From the human T2T-CHM13v2.0 reference genome, Homo sapiens, in assembly GCF_009914755.1 (NCBI RefSeq), contig NC_060943.1: DNA of 64,000 nucleotides, one strand, 5' to 3'. The notes beneath the pieces are model-generated. The model did no database searches. It was given only the letters and a program-made list of their open reading frames with translations, and had not been told where the DNA came from. Position numbers and translations under genes: made by a program. Positions 19,701 to 36,949 of the stretch are shown piece after piece (within the stretch, counting starts at the first letter, position 1; each line of letters starts with the position of its first letter).

Positions 19701-20098
19701 ATACGAGACAGACACCCCTACATGGCTTTCCACATACCCCCTAAGTCAATCTCTTTCAACATGAACAGATGACAAAGTGGTAAGTGGGAAAAAAGAACAG
19801 TGCTCTTAAGAACGCCACGATACGCCACCCGGTTTACAGACACAGACACCTGCTTATGTGCCACGGGAGAGGAAGCACATGGATGCTGCCCAAGCCGGGT
19901 GGTGCGGCCTGAGGAGCAGGAATGGGGGATGCCAGGAGGGGACGGTGGGGTGGAACCTCTGGCCGCACCTGATCTTTTCCCTACGAAGACACCACAGGAT
20001 GCCAGGTGACAAATAATACAGTTGCCAGCTCTGGGCGACAAGAGAATATGTTTGGTATGACAGTCTTTGTCATTCCCTGAACCATCAAAAATGTCTCG

Positions 20099-20410
<312 letters not shown>

Positions 20411-20634
20411 TCAAACAGATCCTCCTCCTCTGAAACCAAAGACATGCAAGAAGCCCCTGAGCCTAAGCTCTCTCTACAAACGCCACCAACAAAGTCCCAG
20501 AGCGTGGGGCCAGTGGCCCCTCCGTCATCTCAGGGGCAGGCCTGTGTGCTCAGAGGATGTGGGCCCAGCCCTTGCGGTTGGACCCCCAGGTGCATGGAAG
20601 ACCCAGGGCCACCGAGGAGGGGCCGGCCCCTCAC

Positions 20635-20744
20635 CTGTAACACATTGCTCTCCGCCTCCTCCCCGGTGATGACTTCCACTTTTTCCAACAAACACTTCCG
20701 CGCTGTTGCCTTGGTGTAGGCGGCTGCCGACTCAGCCAGGGACT
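20635..20744 (-). CDS. RANBP3: RANBP3 exon 13 (start of RanBD, TGEE motif)
   Basis: ESLAESAAAYTKATARKCLLEKVEVITGEEAESNVLQ; 110 nt. Confidence 0.96.
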
Positions 20745-21252
20745 CTGAAAAGTTATTGGCCAAAAAGACTGACTGATTATTTGGCGAGAGGAGAGCCATC
20801 TCCCCTCATCCGACAGGAGATGAGAGGGTTGGTTCTGGTCTCAAGGACGCCTGCTGCCCCTGGCAGGCCTGCCCCGGCAACCCAAGTGGACCCTAGACAC
20901 AGCCAGAGCATATGGCCTCAGAAGCTGCAGGGAGACCATCTGGGGGCCAAGTGTGGCCCCAGACTCTCGTGTTCGTGCCGAGCAGTCGACGGGGGGACAG
21001 TGAGGGACTCCTCCACGCCTGCTGCCTGCGCCTCCCCACCCTCCCCACGGCCACAAGGCGACACAGGCCCTCGAGTTCTTTATCACAAACCCTTGCTCAC
21101 TGCAAGGCAGGGCCCTGGAGCTGGTTCACATGTGGTTGTTACTGCTGCGGGAGTCGGGCCCCTTATCCCTCCCGGCTGGGGGTGTGAATGGACCCAGCAT
21201 CCCCCAAGATGACCTACCATGAGCCCCATGCTGTGGTGGGACGCTAACATAC

Positions 21253-21355
21253 CTTTCTCAGGGGTGGCCTCCTGGGACGAGGACTCAGACCCTGACTCGG
21301 CAGCTGCATTTTCCCTGTTGGCATCTGAACTGACCTCGTTTAATTTTGGGGGGCT
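21253..21355 (-). CDS. RANBP3: RANBP3 exon 12
   Basis: SPPKLNEVSSDANRENAAAESGSESSSQEATPEK; 103 nt. Confidence 0.95.
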
Positions 21356-22267
21356 CTGCAGGGACACAAAAGCATACAAGGAAGAGGGCACTTGTGTGGT
21401 CCTTCAGCAGCAGCTCTGAGCACCTCTCTGCCTGGCCCCCAACACTACGCTGCCCCCAGCACTCCTGCCCACTCCCGGTGACACCCTGAACTGCCTGGGA
21501 GCTCCCCACGTGGTCCCTCAGGCATCACTACGGGGTGAGTGCCACCAGCCGACAGTCCCCTCGAGCCACACTGGTCACTCCGTCTGGGTGAGGCAAGACT
21601 TTGAACATTTCATTGAAATAGAAAAAGCACAGCGTGGCCACGAAGGAAGAGAAGCTGCAGAGTACTTAATGCAGCCTAACTCCAGACAGAGCTAGAGTGA
21701 CCAGGCGGCTCAGGACAGGCCCTCACGCAGTCGCAATGGAGCTGGGTGGAATCAGGAAGAAAAAGGAACATGTGTAAAGAGGTAGGCAAACCATTCTAGA
21801 ACCCTCTCCCAGGCTGGCTGGGCTCCTGGGAACGGAGATGGGCCTTTCGTGCACCCAAGGCCTTGGCCGCGGTTATGCTCACAGGAGCAGGGAGGCCAGC
21901 AACCCTGTCCACCAGCACGGCTGGCTCCGTCCCACAGGACTTTTGTCAGTTGGCCTGGTGGGGAGGAACCATGGACCCCGACTGCCAGCAGGACCCTGCA
22001 GCCTCCAGGGAAGCCCATCTTGGGATGAAGTTGGCCCTGGTCAGCACGGAGGAGCCGGGAAAAGCGAATGCCAGTTCGTAGGCAGCCAGTGGCCCTGGCC
22101 AGTTTTCAGGCTGAGTCTGAGCAGGGTCTTCCCTCTCTCACTTGCTACTGAAGGCATCCCCATCTCACATAGGACGACACAGCAGCCCTGCTCTCCATGT
22201 CCCCTTGACCTGTGGCTGGCGCCGAGAGCCTCTGGTCCCTGAGAACATTCCCAACACAGCCACTCAC

Positions 22268-22346
22268 CAAAACTCGCTCGCTCATGTTCTGGCCAAATAC
22301 AAATTTGTTGCTGGAGGCGTCGGCACTATTGGTTGAGTTCTCTAAA
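22268..22346 (-). CDS. RANBP3: RANBP3 exon 11 (second FxFG motif)
   Basis: SLENSTNSADASSNKFVFGQNMSERVL; 79 nt. Confidence 0.95.
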
Positions 22347-23074
22347 CTGAAGAGAAGATGTGCAATGAGTGTGGGGCGTCACGTGGGAACGTGGCCAGGC
22401 AAATGTATGGGTACCCATGGAGCACACACTGACACAGAGGGCACAGTGGAGGGGCCTCCGCCACTGTGCACGGGGTGGCGTGTCAGAGGCAGGAAGCCAC
22501 ACACCTCCCTGTGCCATTGAAAACATTAACCCTTAGCTCGCCCTGATGGAGGGGCCCCACAGCATGAGGGAAGCCACCTTCCACCTGCTCTACCCGCCCA
22601 TCTCCCAGTCGGGACACGCTTTCTTCTGAGACACCTGGAGGGGCAGCTGGTCCGTGGGTAGCATTACCCCCAGCCATGTCAGTCAAGGACATGATGAGGT
22701 CTTTGCCCCAGGTGCCCAAACCCAGAATAAGGGGGCGCCTGAGTCGCCTCTGGCCTGCTCTGTTCTGCTCTGGGCATGAGGTCCACAAGACAGAGGGCAC
22801 ACTCCAAGGGCTGGGCTGTAGCCTCCATGGGCCCCTGGACAACCCCACAGAACTCTGGTCCTGTCTCAGGCGTCCAGTGAATCCCAGGACAAGGCCCACC
22901 ACCCTGGCCCACCCAAGGTTGTGCCCAGAGTGGGGAATGAGAGAGAGGGGCCTGAGAGCAACCTGGATTCTGGGCCTGAGTCGGGCACGGGGACCACAGA
23001 CCCCTCTCTGGCAGAAGCCCTCGCGGCCACCTGCATCGCCATGCCAGGCTGGCCGCTGACACCGAGACACACAC

Positions 23075-23178
23075 CTGGAACTGATATACTGGAGGAAATA
23101 GTTCGTTGCGGTTGGCGTGTCTGCGCTGGGGTGTCCAGCATTCTCCATGTCGGCTTCGTCCACGCTCTCATTTATCAG
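23075..23178 (-). CDS. RANBP3: RANBP3 exon 10
   Basis: LINESVDEADMENAGHPSADTPTATNYFLQYISS; 104 nt. Confidence 0.95.
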
Positions 23179-23705
23179 CTGGGAATGAGACGGAGCGCTC
23201 AGTAATCGGGGGTGGGGGGGTGCCTGGAGTTCCACAGCTCAGTGTCTGCAGACCCCCTGAGCTGCATGGAGCTGCTCGGAGCCATGAACCCTCTCCTGTA
23301 CCCGCCTGTGTGTGTGCGCGTGCATGTGCTGGGGGGCAGGGCTATAATCAACTCCATCACCTTTTGCTTTAACAGTTAGGATGGAAAGAGAGCTCATGAA
23401 GCTCCAAGGAGCCTTTTCCACCTTGTTACAAAACCACGCCTTGTTATAAAACCACGCCTAAGCTGGCCTCTCGGTCAATGCTTCATACCAATAACACAAC
23501 GTTACAAAGCTGACGTTTTGGGGGGTTTACTATGAACATGATAGAAGCAGAATTTCTTGAGGGCCTCTTTCCTACCAGCTGCTATGCTGAGTCTGTCAAA
23601 TGCACGATCTGCTTTAATCCTCACGAGGCCTGGGAGGGGGATGTTAGGGACCCTGTTTGACCAACAAGGAAGCAGAGGCTCAGAGGGTTAAGAAACCATG
23701 GCTCT

Positions 23706-24582
<877 letters not shown>

Positions 24583-24835
24583 CTAGAGATGCCGTAGCAC
24601 ATTCCATGTCTGTGGCTGGGAAAGGTGGTGCTGGCTGACCCTGGTCTTCCTAGAGTCCCAGTGCATGGTCCAGGGCCACTGTTTCCAACCACTGCCATCC
24701 CTTCCCCACCACACAATCTCCAAACTAGGACCACATGTCTGGAGGGCAGCCAAGAGGTGGCAGACGCTTTGCTCCCTTTCAGGAGAGAAGACAGTGTTGT
24801 CACCCCACCCTGCCCCACTTAAAAAAAAATAAGGT

Positions 24836-25036
24836 GACAGTTCTTAATGGGGGCGATTCTACTCCACAGGGAATACTGGCCACGTCTGGGGACATTTGTG
24901 GTTGTCAGATGTCAGGAGCATTGGGTGGGTGGAGGCCAGTGATGCTGCTCAGCACCCTGCAGTGCCCAGGGCGACTCCTCAGAAACTAAGAATGGTCCAG
25001 CCGTAATGCTGCTAGTGCTGAAACAGAGAAACCCTG
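24836..25036 (+). mobile_element. MER20, forward orientation
   Basis: ttcttaatgggggcgatt...tctggggacatttgtggttgtca...gaggccagtgatgctgct...agaaaccctg matches the MER20 consensus. Confidence 0.78.
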
Positions 25037-25408
25037 AAATACGGGAACAGAAACCTCTGGGCAGAGCTGAGAACACTGGACCGTGCTGTCTTTCTTCTCT
25101 GCTATGAAAGCCTGAGGCCTCAGGTTCAGTCACCTTCCCTGTCCCCGCTACCATGAGAACCAGGGACCCTGACTTGAGAAGTCACTGCAGGTGAGGGCTC
25201 CGAAGCCTGGGCTGCTGGTGGGGAAGTGCCAGGGCCCAGCACACGCACACCAGCAGCAGACTGTGCCGTGAGCCATGGGGCTGCCTCGCTAACACCTTCT
25301 TTGTCCCACGCTCCCCTCCCCTGTTAAAAGGAAAATCTACCTACTTGCCTGCTGTTGAACCTGGGGAAGGCATAAAAAGTCAATGTGCTGGTTCAACAGC
25401 TCACATAC

Positions 25409-25528
25409 CTTAACTCTGTCCCTCAAGTTCTGCCCAAATACAAAGGCTTGCTGTGTGGCGGGGTCTTTTTTCTCACAGGCTTCCTCTTCAGAGGCATTGC
25501 TGGACTCATTTTTCTGGGGCTCTTTCTC
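25409..25528 (-). CDS. RANBP3: RANBP3 exon 9 (first FxFG motif)
   Basis: EKEPQKNESSNASEEEACEKKDPATQQAFVFGQNLRDRVK; 120 nt. Confidence 0.95.
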
Positions 25529-26017
25529 CTATCAAAAACCAAAACAAAACAGAGTAATCAAAACCAGTGCCACACTTGGCCCAGACGGATGCCCAGCAAT
25601 CCCACACCAGATCACGTACTCCACACGTCTCCTCTGCATGTGCCTGCACTCCCAGCTACTCAGAAGGCTGAGACAGGAGGACTGCTTGAGCCTGGGAGTT
25701 GTAGTGAGCTGAGATCACACCACTGCACTCCAGCCTGGGTGACAGAGCAAAAACCTGTCTCCAAACAACAAGAAACACCTGTGCCCTGCAGAAGCCTTAG
25801 TGCCGGCAGAGGACAGGAAATAACCTGGTTGCTCATCATTGGCCAAGGAATGAAATAATTTACAATAGAAAATATGGGGGAAAAAAAGTACAGCACAGCT
25901 ATTACCACCGAGAGGGAGGTAGGCCTCTGACATGCCCACAATACATGGATCAGAGAAGAGAGCAGCTTGTGGGACACGGAAGTGCGATTCCATTTCTGTT
26001 AAAGCCAATCCAGTCCC

Positions 26018-26063
26018 GTGTGTGTGGTGTGTGTGTGTGTGTATGTGTGGTGTGTATGTGTGT
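26018..26063. repeat. Imperfect (TG)n microsatellite
   Basis: gtgtgtgtggtgtgtgtgtgtgtgtatgtgtggtgtgtatgtgtgt. Confidence 0.9.
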
Positions 26064-27983
26064 TGAGGAATGCCCAGGAAAATAAGTCGGGAGAGAGAAT
26101 TCAAACTACTGACGGAGGTTACCCGGGAACCTCTTAGCTGGAGGGTGGCTCCTGCTTGTTACTTTCTAGGATTTCCATTTTGTGTAAATATTTTCAACAT
26201 GTAGGCATGACTTTTGTAACTAAATATCCTAAGACCAAATGCATTTATCTTGAGATAATGGAATATGGAGTTGCTAGTAATTTGTATATGTCTTTCCTAT
26301 ACCACATGATGAAAAAGGTGTCGTAGAATTTGAAAAGAAATTTTAAAAGGCTTTTGGCAGATCTTTGGAGTCTCTGGCGATGTGTACAGTGGACATGAAC
26401 GTGAGGCAGGGAGTGTTTTCCTGGGAGATGTCGTGAAGGGACCTGACAACCGTGAACTCGGAGGTGAGAAAGGCTGCAGGCAGCTTCTGACTGGCTCAGC
26501 GTGTCCAGCGGGCAGGGAAGCCTGGAGTTACAATGCCAGGCCCAGAATCAGCGGATCACAGCGCTGAGGGCACTTTCTGGTCCAACTGTGAAGGAAGTGA
26601 AAAGTGTAAATGTTTCTCTACTGTGCTCCCTAGAAATTCTGCTACTGCTGACTTCACGCTGCATCCTTGTGCCTGTGCAAGAGTGAACGTGGCTTTTTAA
26701 AATTAAACACACAACGTGTTTGGCGACCTGGAAGTCCTCAGAGGATGGGCTAATCCCCAGCCCCACTGGGGCCGCCTGCATCCCGTCCAGCAGAAACACT
26801 CCCTGGCTCTTGGCTTTCTGCGCTGTGTGCCCCCTGCTCACACCGACTGGTGCTAATCCCGGGTGGGTGGAGCCCACAGAGTCACCTGAGATGGGGCAGG
26901 CAAACAGCAAAATGTTTCTGACTACAGGGTATGTCTATGACCTGGCGGAGCCTGCTTAGAGGATTCGCTTAAACTGATAAACGAATCCCGAGGCCTGTAA
27001 CCAGTCTGAGACTCTGTGTGTGTGTGGGGCGGGAGGGGAAGCCTCTTCCCCACTTTCCCAAAGACGGTACCAGGAGTTCCCCCATGGGTCGCCCCCAACA
27101 TCTAAGCCCTCCTTAGAGGAGATGCCTCATAGCTCACGTTCCCGATGAGCAGTGTGTGCCATGTTCATGGGCGGCTTGGAAAAGCTCGGACTCCTGCTGT
27201 AGGGCCAGAGAAGGATACACACAGCGAGCCTGGCGAATCTCAACAGTACTGGGTGTGGTCAGAGGGCAGCGTGGGTGTGGCCGCATGGCTCCACCCCAGA
27301 CCCACATGGAGCAGTGGCTTTGGAGCCAGACGCAGGAGCTGGGAATGGCAGCCAGCACATCACAACTTCTGAGCTCAACCATTTGGGAACAAGCTGTGTG
27401 CACTGCTGAGAAGGGGCTGGAACCGGCAGGAAGACGGACTCCGTCCCCTGGGATGGGACACAGCAAGGCCTCTCCAGTGAGGAACAAGCTCTCGGTAGCG
27501 GGTGCTACCAGGTCAGCCTGTGCACTCACCATCGGGGACAATCAGAGACACTGGGAGATGGCGGGACGGGCTGGGTCACTTCTAAGTCCTTCTCCAACTC
27601 AGAACTGCACACCTGATCTGCTCAGGAGACCTCAGCAGTCAAAGCTTCCAAGCCGCAGAATGCGGTGGAAATGATCCCTATTTCCAATTCAGCAAACTCG
27701 TTTGAAAAAGGGCGTGAGGATGTTTTCAAATTTAATTGTGGACAGCCATTTTCACCCTTTGAGCCAGAACATCTACTGGGGATGGAGGGTATAAAACTGC
27801 AGGCCATGGACACAGAGCGGAAAATAAACACAAAGATCCAATCTGGCTTTTACACAGAAGATACCACATGGTGTTACCCTAATTCTGACTTCAAACCCAT
27901 CTCTGCCAACTTCAAAGGAGGCTCTTCATCAAAGGCCCTTATTTCACAGTGGCTGTGAAACACAAAGCTTTTGGCCCATATAA

Positions 27984-29634
<1,651 letters not shown>

Positions 29635-29890
29635 TCACCCACACAGTCACACTCAGCCGAGAGCTGTGAGGAAGCTGTGGAGCCGCCTCTCCCTTCTCCG
29701 TTGCCAGGGCTCAGGAGGCTTGGGGCTGGAGACGGCTGGGGGGTGATTTAAAGGATCATCTTCCCTGATCTCTCTGTATTTCTGGTGCATTCAGCAGTCA
29801 CCTCTGTCGCAACACTGCTGTCCCGGGTGCGACTTCGGGAACGCTCTACCCTGCCGTCTGGGCCTGGGCGCCAGGGCTGCTGTTTCTTAC

Positions 29891-29983
29891 CAGTCTGGGA
29901 CAGCGCCTTTGGCTGCGGAGCTTGTAACACTGCCGGGCGAAGCACGCTCCGCTGCTGCTCCTTGGGCTTCTGGCTTGGCAGAC
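29891..29983 (-). CDS. RANBP3: RANBP3 exon 7
   Basis: GLPSQKPKEQQRSVLRPAVLQAPQPKALSQT; 93 nt. Confidence 0.95.
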
Positions 29984-30852
29984 CTAGGAACAGAAGGCGG
30001 CCTTCCCAGTGCCCGTGGACCCCTGCCTGCCCCCAGGCGCTTCAGAGACTGACCCCTGGCATCCCATTTCATGCCCCTTGCAGGCTAGACTTTGCAGGGA
30101 AGCACTTTTTTAAAAACTTGAGGTCTTTTTTTAACAGCTGGCCAGGAGATCTGGCTACTGTTATTTTTACATGTGATTACATGAAACTCCCAGTGACCGA
30201 CGCCTGTGAATTAATCCAGTTAGCACAGTAACGTGGCGGGGCGCCGGCAGACTCAACAGTCAAGTGGAGACTGTGAGAGGAGAGCAGTGCATTCACAGGC
30301 AGCTACCTGGAGGCTCAGGACTCGGTGTGGGGTCACGTACAGGCACATTTTGCACCTGTTTTTCAAAACAGCCATGCTGAGGAAGTCCCTCTGCCAAAGG
30401 CAGATGGGACAAGGACCCTTGCATGTGCCCTGCCCTGTGCAGCATCCCCGGCAGCCTCACTAGCAGCCGGCTCACTAGCAGCGCGCCGCTGGAATGCAGC
30501 CACCCTGCTAACTGGGGCGAACACTGTGGTATGTAGGGGCCAGAACATGAAGGACAGACAGGCTGAACCAAGTGCGCTACTGCTGGGCATGGAGCCCGCC
30601 CGATGCACCCCGCCTAGCCTGCTCCCGTGCCACCACTGCCCACTTTTCTGAACACACGACGCTCACAGTCAGGGGTCCCAACCTCCCTGCTCAGACAGCC
30701 TCTCTTTAAAGGAACTTTCCAGGGCTCGTGGGTCAAGTTACAAGTGATCTTTCTAGAAAGCAGGCTGAGCCCGCGGTGCCCTGGTGTGGCCTAGCAGAGG
30801 TCTGAAAAACGTCAGAGAGCCACCCCCCGCCCCAGGGAGGTAGACGACCTAC

Positions 30853-30918
30853 CTGCGCTGGGGGCTTGGCCGTGGATCAGCGTTGGTGGCTTCAACCGGA
30901 AGCCACTGCTCCTTTCCT
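30853..30918 (-). CDS. RANBP3: RANBP3 exon 6
   Basis: EERSSGFRLKPPTLIHGQAPSA; 66 nt. Confidence 0.95.
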
Positions 30919-31819
30919 CTAAAAGCACAAGACAAAATATCAACAGCAGGCCTGCCTGGGCTGGGGCTGGGCCTGGGGGGCAAGGGCAGGAGAGGACTAT
31001 GGTCTTGGCCTCAGTGACTTCGGGCCTGGAGAACCAGGGAGAACATTTCCAAATTACAACAGAAGTCTCGTCCGATCAGCAGGCCTGGAAGGCGCCTGGA
31101 GGAGGGGAGAGACAAGGGCAGGAGGAACGATGGCTCTTGGGCCAGCTGCTGACCATGGGGGCAGGTGGGGCGTCAGCCGCCCTCCCAGCTGTCTATGACC
31201 TGCTGCAGGCTCAGGAGCCGAGCTGCTCAGCGGCCCTGTACCTGGCTCTGGAGAATGTCAGGGAGCCACGGAACACAGGCGCTCAGGCCCCACTTCCCTT
31301 TCCTAGAAGGCTTGTCTGTCAGAGGATGCGGCTGTGGCCAGGAAGAATCTTGGCACCACTACAGATGTCTGGGAAGTGAGACAGGTTTTTGTGATGAAAA
31401 GGTCAAAGGTGGCACACAGTGAGCCTGCCTCCCCTTTCCAGATGTGCCTGCGGAGCTTCCCGTCTCAGTGAGGGGGCACTCCTGGCCACCGTGGAGGAGG
31501 CCAGCTCCCCCTGGGCCAGAGTCCGGGCTGACAAATTCACAAAACTAGAGGGAAAGGTGAATGCCCACGAGCTCCTGGGATGGCTCGAGAGCCCAGCCTC
31601 GCCCAGCCACCTGTCCACATGGACCCCTTCATCTGTGTGTCTTGGCAACTGTGCCCATACGGGGAGTGGGGATGGTGGTCTAATCTGATCCACAACAGGA
31701 AGGATTGTCATAAAAGGCCTGTGACTCAGGCAGGCAAGCCTGTTCCTGGGCAAGGCACAGAGACTGTGGCATTATGGCTCCTGGAGGTAGCCCTGCGTTT
31801 GTGCTAAGCTTCACCCCCT

Positions 31820-32540
31820 TGTCAAGCTACAGGACACAAGATCAATATACAAAAATCGATTGTGTTTCTAACACTAGCCGTGAATGACCCAAAAGCAAAA
31901 TTAAGAAAATAATTCCATTTACAATAACACCAAAAGGAATAAAATACTTGGGAATACATTTCACAAGATAAAACTATAAAACAATGTTAGGGCCGGGTGC
32001 AGTGGCTCATGCCTGTAATCCCAGTGCTTTGGGAGGCTGAGGCAGGAGGACTGCATGAGCCCAAGAGTTTGAGATCAGCCTGGGCAACACTGCAAGACCC
32101 TAACTCTACAAAAAATTAAAAACTTAGCCAGGCATGGTGGTACATGCCTGTAGTCCCAGCTACTCAGGAGGCAGAGGTGGGAAGATCACTTGAGCCTGGG
32201 AGCTTGAGGTTACAGTTGAGTTACGACTGTACCACTGCACTCCAGCCTGGGCGACAGAGTGAGACCTTGTCTCAAACAAAACAAAAACATTGTTGGAAGA
32301 AATTAAAGGTGTAAATCAAAAGAAAAACACCCCCTCATGCTGTCTGATTGCATTTCTGTGAAATGCCAGACTAAGCAGAAAGGAGCTGAGCGGTTACCAG
32401 GGCTCAAGGGAGGGGGTTGGGGGCAGGCTGTGACTAACAGGGATGAGGTTTCTTTTTGGGATGATGGAAATGTTCTAAAATTAATCACGTGATGGTCGCA
32501 CAACTCTGTGGATGTACTAAAACCACTCAATTGTACACTA
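31820..32540 (+). mobile_element. L1M fragment interrupted by an Alu (31991-32288)
   Basis: L1 ORF2 motif caagatcaatatacaaaaatc...attccatttacaata; 3'UTR motif gatggaaatgttctaaaatt...ctaaaaccact. Confidence 0.8.
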
Positions 32541-33773
32541 AAACGATGACAACAAAACCCAAAACACCTTGTCAGCCCAAATTTTCAGACTCCAAATCAA
32601 GATTCAGCAGGCCAAGGAAGACCCCTCTCCCGCTGTGCCCCGGAGGCGCCGCTGTGCCTGGGCAGCAAGAGGATTGCAGCAACCCTTCTTACTATAATAG
32701 TTGTATGAGGGAGTCCAGCCCCAGGGGCTTCTGGCAGCCTGTGTTAGCAGAGCTGGTGCCTCTCCCGTAACAGACTGGTCATAAAAAAACAAACTCAGGA
32801 GAGCCAGATCCTGCAGGATGCGGGGGTGAGCCGCCAGATGTTCCTTTTCCGAAGGAAACACTCAATTACATTTCCAAAGCACGGAGCTATGCAGAAGACG
32901 ACTGGCAATTTAGATACATTTTTAAAAGGTCAAATTCACAATTTAGATAGTTTTTAGCAAGCTCTTCAAGCTGGCTCTCCACGCTGATGTTTTGGTCACA
33001 GACTGACTACTGCCCTTCCACACTCCGCTCCGTGCAGCGCTGGCGCTAACGCTGAGGGGAGCCTGGGGGCTGGCCCGAGCTGCCAAGCGGAAGCAGGAGA
33101 CTTGGATAATCCCTGCCACCGACCTGCCACTAGTGCTAGGCCCAGAGCGTGGCCCTCTCCAGAGCTGCAGACAGACAAGGCGTGCTCCAGGGGTAGCCAA
33201 AATCTGGAGGTCCCTGTCACAGGCCCTGCTCCACGAAAACAAGGGTGGTCTCTTCTCATTCCTTCCAGAAATTTTCTTCTGCAACACAGGTCGCAACACA
33301 AGCTGCTGAATCATGGCCAGAGCCCGACGCCTGCCACATACCCAAAGGGTGTGGGCCTGTAGAGGATGCTGCACCAGTCTCTGAGGGATGCGCATCACTC
33401 CAGAGAGGAAGAGGACCCCTCCCGCCGGCAGCCTTTGCCCTCCTGGGAAGCTGGCAGGCTCCCTGTCTGAGGGTGCTTTTCGCCTGCCTCAGAGAGCCCC
33501 AAGTGATGTCTGTGGGAAGCCATGCTTGCCCCCCAGGGAGCCCCGATTTAACCAGGGAAGGGATGGGAATGAGACTGTGTGCATCAAATGCTGAGAAGGC
33601 AGCCTGGCTGGAGCTGGGGTCTGTGCGTGGACGGCGCTGGTGCAGGGTGGGGAGGAGGCTCAGCCATGCGGTGGGCAGGGAGTGATGCCTGATGCACAGA
33701 GGACAGAGGGTGCCGGTTTCTTAGTGCCAGAAGAGGGAGGAATATACCAAGGGAGGCACCCACGTGCCCCTGG

Positions 33774-33927
33774 CGTCATCTCCACATGCAGGCAGGCAGG
33801 CAGAAAGTAAGAGATCATGTGGACAAAGGTGTGTCCCCAGCTCTGTCCGTCATCTCCACATGCAGGCAGGCAGGCAGGCAGAGAGTAAGAGATCATGTGG
33901 ACAAAGGTGTGTCCCCAGCTCTGTCCG
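33774..33927. repeat. Tandem duplication, 74/78-bp unit x2
   Basis: cgtcatctccacat(gcag)n...ccccagctctgtc repeated; second copy has one extra GCAG. Confidence 0.95.
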
Positions 33928-34320
33928 CGGAGGGCCGGGAGCAGGGCTACACCTGAGTCAGTGAGATCGCAGTACCGCACGGAGTGATTTCAGACCTTGG
34001 TTTCTAAAGACCATGTTCCCTGAAGAACCAGCGTGCCTCTGAGAAATGCAGATTCCAGGACTGGGATGAGAAAAGAGGCTGAGCCGGGAGGCTCTTGTTG
34101 TGACAAAGTAAGGGCAATGCTCAAATGAACAACGGGGACCTGCCTGACAGGGCTTCCACTGGCCAAATCTGGGACAACCTGAACATTAAATAAAAACCAG
34201 TAACCATAGACGGTCACCCACTGATGCCAACAGAAGCTCGCCTGTCTATGTTGACACAATCGATCAAGGAACAAGCACGTGGGGAGAAGGGCAAGCTCCT
34301 CCTTCCAGTGAACACCACTA

Positions 34321-34677
<357 letters not shown>

Positions 34678-35846
34678 TTACAGTGGTGAAACCTGGCAGA
34701 CAGCACCCTGATCGAGGAGCACGGCCACCCCGTGCTGGTAAGGGGACAAGTGAGTACTGTGCATGGCTTCTGTGACATTCTCATCCAAGATGCCACACCT
34801 GGGTCTCACCACCAGGACATACTGGACAGGCCCCAACTGAGACACTTCTACCCAACAGCTGACCTGTAATCCTCAAGGTCATGAAAGTCAAGGGAAGCCT
34901 GAAGACCTGTTCCCGATAAAAGTGGAGGTATGTGTGGTAGGACCAGGGTCTCAGTCCTTTTTTCTAATGGACTCATGGAGCTGACTGGAGAAAGCTAAAT
35001 GGGGTCTTCAGACAAAAGGGACAGAGAAATTCTTCTGTAAGTGTTAAAGCTTTTCAAAATTAAAGCTAAAAAACAGAAGGCAGGCAGACAAGGATGTGAA
35101 GTTGGGTTTGCAGAACTGATGTGTGGCTGATATGACTGCCTTTTCATGCGTGAGGGCACTGGGGCTTTAAACCATGCCGCGTCGGGGCCTGCGAAACAGC
35201 TGCCCTGCTCCAGAGGCTGGAGGGGAAAGGTCTGTGGGGAGAGAGACAGGAGGGAGGCCGTTGCTCACAGACCTCAGAAGCGATCATGAGATTTGTAACA
35301 GAGCTCAGCAGCACAAATGGGTCCAGACACACGGCTTTAGTAACTGATCACCTAAAGCAGAACCTGCCTCACCGTGGCAGGCTCTGTGCCCCCATCCAGA
35401 CCACCACCTGCTAAGCGACACCCCAGGAATAACCAACATCGTGCCCTTCCTGAGGACCCTGAAACACCAAGCCCCTCTGCAGGATGAGACCAGGTGGTCG
35501 GCTCAAAACAGTTTGCTTTTAGAGTCAAAATGCCTTGTTGAAACGGGGCCATCAACTCAATGCTGAGAGTTATAAGAACCCACCTCTTCCCTTGACACGG
35601 ACATCACGCCAGCAGCTAACTTATCTCACAATGCTTTTGAAGTCGGCAATGAATTTATATATGGTAGGTTGGGTTACAGAATTCAGGTTGTTAAACTCGC
35701 TTGTTAAATCTTTTATGAGGAATTTCAGCCACGTGGGAGAAACTTTCAGGAAACCTTGGAGTTGGTTCTCCAGTGAAAGACCAAAAAGGCAGGCTCCATA
35801 TTCTTCAGAAAGGGGGAGCGGCTTTCCTTAAAATTTTAAAGCTGGG

Positions 35847-36643
<797 letters not shown>

Positions 36644-36949
36644 TTATGAATGCATTACTTGTATAAAATTTTGAAAAATGAGTGATACATTTCTTCACAG
36701 GTTGTTTTTAGAGGACTTAGAGCTCCATGCAACCAGGCCCTGCTTGCAGAAACAAACATGAGGGCTTATGAAGCCTCATCTCACGCCAGATCCCCAGACT
36801 ATGAGCTGAAGAGTTGGGGGAAAAATTTTAACAGCTGAAGAAGAACTGACTTTAAATGCCCGCTGAAGATCTGATTTTCCCACACCAATTGCTTTTCCTC
36901 CCAGGAGAACCCCCAGGCCGGGCGGGAAGGCAGAGGGGCCGGGGCTCAC

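Noticed and set aside
27654-27735. Small inverted repeats (ccgca..tgcgg; tttgaaaa..ttttcaaa) suggesting a structured ncRNA
   Set aside because: Stems of only 5-8 bp, no C/D or H/ACA box arrangement or pre-miRNA-length stem; compatible with chance.
35535-35831. 98-aa AT-rich ORF that might be a processed pseudogene or transposase fragment
   Set aside because: I cannot recognise the peptide; no poly(A)/TSD. Needs BLASTX/Dfam.
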